Under the pieces are notes generated by a model. It did not search any database. It saw only the letters and a list, made by a program, of their open reading frames with translations, and was not told the origin of the DNA. Below are positions 49,477-55,004 of a stretch of 55,004 bases of DNA, one piece after another. A program made the position numbers and the translations under genes. The DNA comes from Salinivirgaceae bacterium (lineage in GTDB: Bacteria > Bacteroidota > Bacteroidia > Bacteroidales > SZUA-534). The stretch spans positions 1-55,004 of the forward strand of contig JAUXEM010000003.1 of NCBI GenBank assembly GCA_030620515.1, given 5' to 3'. Position 1 is the first letter of the stretch. Each line of letters begins with the position of its first letter.

Positions 49477-51354
49477 TTAATTATTTTCTTCAACTAAACT
49501 CCTAATTGCTTCTAATTGCTTGTTTTTATTTACATCTCGAAGCCTTTTTGCAGTATCGGTGAAGTATGAATGCTTTTCAATAAAACCTATTTGAATTTGA
49601 TTCCACTTATTAATATCGTCTTCAATTATCTTATGTTCAGTAAGTTCGCGAAACAAGTTGCCCGAAACAGGAATAAAATCTACTCTTCCTAAATAATCGA
49701 GATCTGCATCGCAAATAATTTCTTGTAAATGGTTTTTTGGCTCCGGAGGTAATTTTGTAACCATAATAATTTCTTCAATCGTTTTAATTTGTTCTGGAGT
49801 GTAATCATAATCAGGCAAAATCTCTTTGGCCATTTCAACACCAGCCTCTTCATGGTCTTTATAGGTTCTGGTAAAACCAGCATCGTGGAATAGGGCAGCC
49901 GTTTTAAGCAATAAAAGCTCTTCATCAGTAATGCATTCTCCTCGGCCAATTAATTCTACCTGTACTGTAACGTCAATAGTGTGTTTTAGATTGTGGTAGA
50001 ATAAATTTCGAGGAAGACTATCCTCCAATATATTCATTATATGTTCTTCTAAATCGTCGAAACGAATAAGGCCTAAACGAGTAACAAATGTTTGGTTGTG
50101 CTTTAGCCCAACACCACCTACAGATAATGCAGGTCTAAACCCTTCAATAAAATACATGTCGATATCGCCTTTGTATTTTACAGGCATTTTTCCTCGGTAT
50201 TGACATAAAAAGTAATCTTTAACCAATTCGTATGTCATTCCTGTAATATTTACCCTTCCAGTTTCTCCAGAAGCTTCCATTCTACTGGCAATATTTACAG
50301 TATCACCCCAAACTTCTAGTCTTTTTTTATTGCTAATTGAGTTGCTGAATACTGGTCCTGTATGGATTCCCATTCGTAAATCCCATATTTTTTTATTCTC
50401 TGAAATATATTGGTTTTTTAGATGCTCCATGTATTGCTGCATTTCGAATGCCGCTAAAACCACTTCAATTGGATTAGTTCTGTTTTTTTTAGGTATTCCT
50501 CCTGCACACATGTATGAATCTCCAATTGATTTAATTTTTTCAATGTGAAGTTTCTTTACTACATCGTCGAATTGAAACTCAAACCTGTCTAAATCATCTA
50601 TTAGTCGTTCGGCATTTTCTTGTTCTGCTATTTTCGTAAACCCAAGAACGTTTGAGAAAAGTACAGTTACCATCTTAAAGCGTACTGTTTTTTCTTTTTC
50701 TTTAAGTTTTTCGAACTCCTCTTTTGGCAGGTAATTAGTTAATAAATCTTCATATTTTGCTTTTTGCTCAGAAAGCTCGTGGGTTCTAATGCTAATTTCT
50801 TTTTCAAGTAAAAATCGTTCTTTTGTTATTCTATAATCCGCCCAATAATATATTACAATCACAAGTCCTCCCATTAAAAGAAAGTAAATAACCCAGGTAT
50901 AATCAAAGCTTGATGTATTAGATGGAATACTTAAAAAAATTCTATCTGTAAATACCTTACCTTTTTCATTTCTCGACTCTATAACTATTTCAGTATTTGG
51001 ATTGTTGAAAAAAACAAAATTATTATCTGAATTTAACATCCAAGGAATACTCTTAGATTCGCTAGGTAATAAATAGAATTTGTATTGTGTTAAACCTAGT
51101 TTTTGAATAGTGCTTGAATCTATCGTAATTTTAATGTTCTGAGGTAGTGCCTTGTTGTTTAATTGTATAAATCTTGACGATTGCTGTTGATTATTATTGA
51201 TTAAGTAAATAGAATCGTTAATTGTAATTTGATTTACTAATGCAACGTCATTACTTGAAATACCTTTATAAGGAAAGGCTAACAATAGCCATCCGAATAA
51301 TAGTAAAGCAAGGGTTTTGTGTTGTTTTAGACCCAAAAAGTGTCGTTGCTGCAT
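49477..51354 (-). CDS. Membrane-anchored class III nucleotidyl cyclase fused to an HD phosphohydrolase
   Basis: Signal peptide and one TM; KIKSIGDSYM, GIHTGPV, WGDTVNIASRME; then YHNLKHT, LFHDAG, HEE, DADL. Confidence 0.88.
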   Translation of the reverse strand: MQQRHFLGLKQHKTLALLLFGWLLLAFPYKGISSNDVALVNQITINDSIYLINNNQQQSSRFIQLNNKALPQNIKITIDSSTIQKLGLTQYKFYLLPSESKSIPWMLNSDNNFVFFNNPNTEIVIESRNEKGKVFTDRIFLSIPSNTSSFDYTWVIYFLLMGGLVIVIYYWADYRITKERFLLEKEISIRTHELSEQKAKYEDLLTNYLPKEEFEKLKEKEKTVRFKMVTVLFSNVLGFTKIAEQENAERLIDDLDRFEFQFDDVVKKLHIEKIKSIGDSYMCAGGIPKKNRTNPIEVVLAAFEMQQYMEHLKNQYISENKKIWDLRMGIHTGPVFSNSISNKKRLEVWGDTVNIASRMEASGETGRVNITGMTYELVKDYFLCQYRGKMPVKYKGDIDMYFIEGFRPALSVGGVGLKHNQTFVTRLGLIRFDDLEEHIMNILEDSLPRNLFYHNLKHTIDVTVQVELIGRGECITDEELLLLKTAALFHDAGFTRTYKDHEEAGVEMAKEILPDYDYTPEQIKTIEEIIMVTKLPPEPKNHLQEIICDADLDYLGRVDFIPVSGNLFRELTEHKIIEDDINKWNQIQIGFIEKHSYFTDTAKRLRDVNKNKQLEAIRSLVEENN

Positions 51355-51502
51355 TGTTTATTCAATAAGTTGAATTTGCACGGAATATAGCAGGATTATT
51401 TGAAAAAATCAAATTTTTTCCTAAATGATACTATTTATTAGACTAATTGGGTAAAAAGCAAGATAAATATTTTCTGCTATTTGTAAAATAGATAAATATG
51501 TA

Positions 51503-51535
51503 AAACCCGCATAAATATTAATTTTATGCGGGTTT
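51503..51535. terminator. Hairpin, possible terminator of the sigma operon
   Basis: AAACCCGCATAAA-loop-TTTATGCGGGTTT. Confidence 0.55.
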
Positions 51536-51856
51536 CTACAAAACATTTAGTTTCTTCTGCAATACTTAGTTATGTTTCGTTAGATTTTGAGACCTGCCTT
51601 GGCGGCATACAGATATGAGTCCGTCGTCTGCCGCCAGGCAGGCTGACTTATTCTGGGCAGGTAGTGAGCCAATAAATAACATGGTGATAATATGCATGTT
51701 AGCAAGAATTTCTAATTTTGTGCAATATTCTCATTGTCAATTAGATATAAAAACTTAACGAACTATCGATAATAATTCTAGTATAAAACTACTGAATATT
51801 TATTTCTTAGCTTGACAGTTATGTGTTGTAGGCAGATTTAGTATTTATCGATTATC

Positions 51857-52855
51857 TTAAAACACAATACCAATACCAATGGCAAACGGATATAGCTCTG
51901 GACTTTCATCTCCTTGAAATAGTTTTTGTAAGCTATACGATCCATAAATTCCAAACCAATCGTAGCCGATTCGGGCTGTTACTGCTAGCGTATATGGTGA
52001 CACATGAAAATCACTTTTATCTTTCGATTTTTTTCCATCGTTGGTTTTCATTTTTGTGTGCGAACCTAGTTTTATGCTCCCTTCAACACCAGCTGATATA
52101 AACAGTGGGTTATCTTGTACCGGAATTTGAAATTCTAACAAAAGAGGAACGGTAAGATATGAAACAGTTAATTTGCTTTTTGAGTTGTTATTTATGGTGT
52201 CTATTTCGTAAGTTAGATAAGATGAGTCTGGTATTAAACGAACCTGTGTGTTTTTAAATTTGTAATTGTTCCATTTAAAACCAATGCCTGTTACCAACCC
52301 AATTCGGTGCTTAATTATTGGAATACCCAGTTCTGCAAAGTTTATAATAACTTCATACGATTTGTTAGTATTAACTGCTAAATATTCAGAATCTTCAGGC
52401 AAGGTTGTGCTAAAATCTGAAGTCATATAATTATTTAGTCCCATGTAAAATCCTGCCCAGTGAGGTTTAAATTTTTTATTGATTGAGCCAACTGAAAAAT
52501 CATTGTCTGAATCATTATCCCAATAATCGTCCCTATCTTCCCAGTCATCCCAATCGGTATCTTTATCTTTTTCTCTTGTAATTATTACATCTTCGCCGTC
52601 ATCAATAACCGAAATTTTTAGTTTTCCAACTCTAATTTTTGTTGTGTCAGCAATTTTAGTATTTTCATTAAGCTCATTAAGTTCTCGTTCTAGGTCTCCA
52701 AAAGCGGTGTCCCTAACTATCACCTCTTCCTGTGTAATCTTTTCTGTAATAGTGTCAGGAACATTCATGCTAATAGTATTGCTATAAGAAGCAAGAGCAA
52801 CAGATGAACCTAAATAGATAGTAAATATAAATAGTATTAATGATTTGAAATTCAT
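51857..52855 (-). CDS. Outer-membrane beta-barrel protein with acidic N-terminal extension
   Basis: Signal peptide, HWAGFYMGLNNY, KSKLTVSYLTVPLLLEF, C-terminal GIGIVF. Confidence 0.75.
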   Translation of the reverse strand: MNFKSLILFIFTIYLGSSVALASYSNTISMNVPDTITEKITQEEVIVRDTAFGDLERELNELNENTKIADTTKIRVGKLKISVIDDGEDVIITREKDKDTDWDDWEDRDDYWDNDSDNDFSVGSINKKFKPHWAGFYMGLNNYMTSDFSTTLPEDSEYLAVNTNKSYEVIINFAELGIPIIKHRIGLVTGIGFKWNNYKFKNTQVRLIPDSSYLTYEIDTINNNSKSKLTVSYLTVPLLLEFQIPVQDNPLFISAGVEGSIKLGSHTKMKTNDGKKSKDKSDFHVSPYTLAVTARIGYDWFGIYGSYSLQKLFQGDESPELYPFAIGIGIVF

Positions 52856-52877
52856 AATTGTATGGTTTTAGTTATTT

Positions 52878-54095
52878 TTATTTTACATTAGTTGAAAAAG
52901 CAAGATGCTTTGAAGAGAATGTTAGTTTTGTTTTTTGCGTTCCTTTCACTTTTTTTACTTTCACTTTTCCATTCGTTATTTTGTTTACTCCTGAAATTCC
53001 TGCTTTAACTATGTTGCTTGCTAAACTTTTAGAATTAATCTTTTCTTTTGTTGCTTTTTGTTCAACACTTGCAATTTTTTTGTTTAAAATAGCAGAACTT
53101 GAGGCCTTTATTATTTTTTTATTAATTGTACATTTTTTACATTTAATATTGTTTATGGTTTTAGGTTTAAGAGATTCAACATGTGGGGTTCTTTCATTTT
53201 CGAAAGCATTATTGCTAAAAAAACTTTCTTTTTTTATTTTTCTGGTTTGTTGGGAATCATTTTTAAAACTAATTGCATCTTCTTTAATATTTTTGCTTAT
53301 TTGTTTTGTTGTTCTTATTTGACCCGTATTACTGCTGGCATCAACATCAATTATTGTTGCTGTTTGTATATTATTCAGTATTGATGGTGTTCTGTAAACA
53401 AATAACGACAAAGCCAAAACTGCCGCAATCGATGCTGCGGATGAAATATACTTTCTTGTCTGTGCGCCTAAAAACTGGAATTTCTTCAGATTCGCCTTGT
53501 TGGGGAATACAATCGAATAATCGGGAGCAAATTTAATCTGGCTAACTAAATCGTACTCTTTTTTCAGCTTCTTGTTTTTGGCTATATATTTATTAAGGGC
53601 AGTTGCCCCTTGGTAATTCAACCACCCTTCGCTACAAGCAATACAATATTCGATAAAATTATTAGGGTTAATAACATGCGAAGTAAAGCTTTGCTTCAGG
53701 GTGAGTTTTTCGTTATAAATTGTATTTTCAGAAATGAATTTTGTTTTTGCAAATAGGTTAAATTCTTTTTGTTTCTCTTTTTCAGCTAATACTGCGGTGT
53801 TAAATCGCTGCTCTTCGTCAGGCGAAAGCTGTTGTTCTAGTTTTGCCACACATAACTGCTGAAAAAACTCAGAATTTGCCGAACTCGTTTCATAAGGAAT
53901 GTTTTTTAAGTTCTCTTTATTGCTCAAAATAATTTCTGATGTTTCATTTTCACTATTCTTAAACAGCTCAAATTCATCATTAATATTAGGATTTGCTGCA
54001 AGAAATTGAACTACTTCATTTGCAGTTTCTTCAGAAAGTTTTCCTTCCGAATAATCTACCAAAAACAGTTCGTAGTTATTTTTACCTATTCTCAT
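52878..54095 (-). CDS. Putative anti-sigma factor (three repeated N-terminal units + one TM)
   Basis: Directly downstream of the ECF sigma; NYE.F..DY.EG.L unit; TM AASIAAVLALSLFVY. Confidence 0.65.
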   Translation of the reverse strand: MRIGKNNYELFLVDYSEGKLSEETANEVVQFLAANPNINDEFELFKNSENETSEIILSNKENLKNIPYETSSANSEFFQQLCVAKLEQQLSPDEEQRFNTAVLAEKEKQKEFNLFAKTKFISENTIYNEKLTLKQSFTSHVINPNNFIEYCIACSEGWLNYQGATALNKYIAKNKKLKKEYDLVSQIKFAPDYSIVFPNKANLKKFQFLGAQTRKYISSAASIAAVLALSLFVYRTPSILNNIQTATIIDVDASSNTGQIRTTKQISKNIKEDAISFKNDSQQTRKIKKESFFSNNAFENERTPHVESLKPKTINNIKCKKCTINKKIIKASSSAILNKKIASVEQKATKEKINSKSLASNIVKAGISGVNKITNGKVKVKKVKGTQKTKLTFSSKHLAFSTNVK

Positions 54096-54107
54096 TTAAA
54101 ATCCTAT

Positions 54108-54593
54108 TTAAATTACGGCTTCCATACTACCAATGTATTCTTTAAGTGCTACACGAGCTCTAAATATGTAAACCTTTACTTGCGATTCACTTAAACCTGT
54201 AATTTCTCCTATTTCTTTATACGAGTAACCCTCGTAGTCGCGCAATAGGATTATTGATTTTTGCGTCTCGTTTAGTTTGTTTAATGCGTCAGTAAGCACA
54301 TCGCTTAAATCGGTGTACTGTTTTGTGTGAGAGTATTTATCTTCACGCACTTGTTCAAAATCTGTTTGTCGTTTTTCTTTTCGAATAACATCAATCATTG
54401 TGTGATAAGCTGTTGTAAATATATATGACTTCACTTTTAGTGGATTCACATTTTTTACATTTATCCAAAGTTTCTCAAAACTATCTTGAACAATGTCTTT
54501 AGCTTTTTCGCTGTTTTTAATGTTTTTTAGAATAAAGCGATAAACATTATCCGAATACTCATCTACGGCATTATTGTAATCTTTTAAATTCAC
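54108..54593 (-). CDS. ECF RNA polymerase sigma factor
   Basis: AKDIVQDSFEKLW, LRDYEGYSYKEIGEI, VKVYIFRAR; GTG start. Confidence 0.93.
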   Translation of the reverse strand: MNLKDYNNAVDEYSDNVYRFILKNIKNSEKAKDIVQDSFEKLWINVKNVNPLKVKSYIFTTAYHTMIDVIRKEKRQTDFEQVREDKYSHTKQYTDLSDVLTDALNKLNETQKSIILLRDYEGYSYKEIGEITGLSESQVKVYIFRARVALKEYIGSMEAVI

Positions 54594-54671
54594 TTTAATT
54601 ATTGCTTAGTTAAAGTTTTTTATTTATTATAAACGATTCACAAAAAAAATTTAAATATGTTTTCTTTTGAG

Positions 54672-54755
54672 AACGTACAATGAAATAAATTGTTACCCTC
54701 GTGAGGGTTTTCTTCTGGCTTTATGTAAGTGACGGAAAGGTATGCGATTTGTTAC
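54672..54755 (-). promoter_or_regulatory. Two tandem ECF-type promoters
   Basis: Minus strand GTAAC-N16-CGTC (54755-54731) and GTAAC-N16-CGTT (54696-54672). Confidence 0.65.
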
Positions 54756-55004
54756 AAACTTTTTTATTTCTTTTGTTTTGGCATGGTTAAATGTTGCACG
54801 TTTGCGGCATAGCTGTTAAGCTAACAAAAGGATACGTATTCCTTCGGTTTAATGCTACATCGAACTAAGCGCATGAATTATTCAGGTTATTGCGCCGTGC
54901 AAGTCCATAAGGTGGGGATTTTTTTTTCAGGCGTATTGAAAAGATGAAACACCTTTGAGCATGCCTGTAGGTAATCAATCCTACGTGGAAAGGTTGGTCA
55001 GCCA

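Noticed and set aside
52858-53322. 154-aa hydrophobic plus-strand ORF
   Set aside because: Antisense to the Lys-rich tail of the anti-sigma gene; the Phe richness mirrors AAA codons.
54760-55004. Possible ncRNA or element remnant at the window end
   Set aside because: Somewhat GC-richer, but no recognisable motif or ORF, and truncated by the window edge.

Overview
AT-rich chromosomal window from a Bacteroidota bacterium, probably Bacteroidales/Marinilabiliales-like, judged from gene families and recurring TAnnTTTG promoter motifs. It opens with a conserved envC-like/DUF4175/HATPase/ybeY/mnmG cluster. A 3.46-kb ORF-free gap with clustered parS-type palindromes follows and is a likely replication-origin region. 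After that come typA, envelope genes, RNA-modification and housekeeping genes (rluF, pgk, xth, ilvE), a cyclase-HD fusion and an ECF sigma/anti-sigma/beta-barrel locus. The most unusual part is 31.9-39.7 kb, a TetR/LolA-like/two permeases/ATPase/beta-barrel operon. Its TetR carries a full-match EF-hand loop. Its gene junctions hold three four-helix-bundle (23S-IVP/Avd-like) cassettes, two intact and one decayed, each bracketed by its own inverted short-period repeat array. Gene-less copies of such arrays begin at or near many other stop codons in the window, suggesting a stop-codon-associated, repeat-flanked mobile cassette system. I saw no tRNA, rRNA, CRISPR array, transposase or reverse transcriptase. 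All family assignments come from motif recognition, not database searches.
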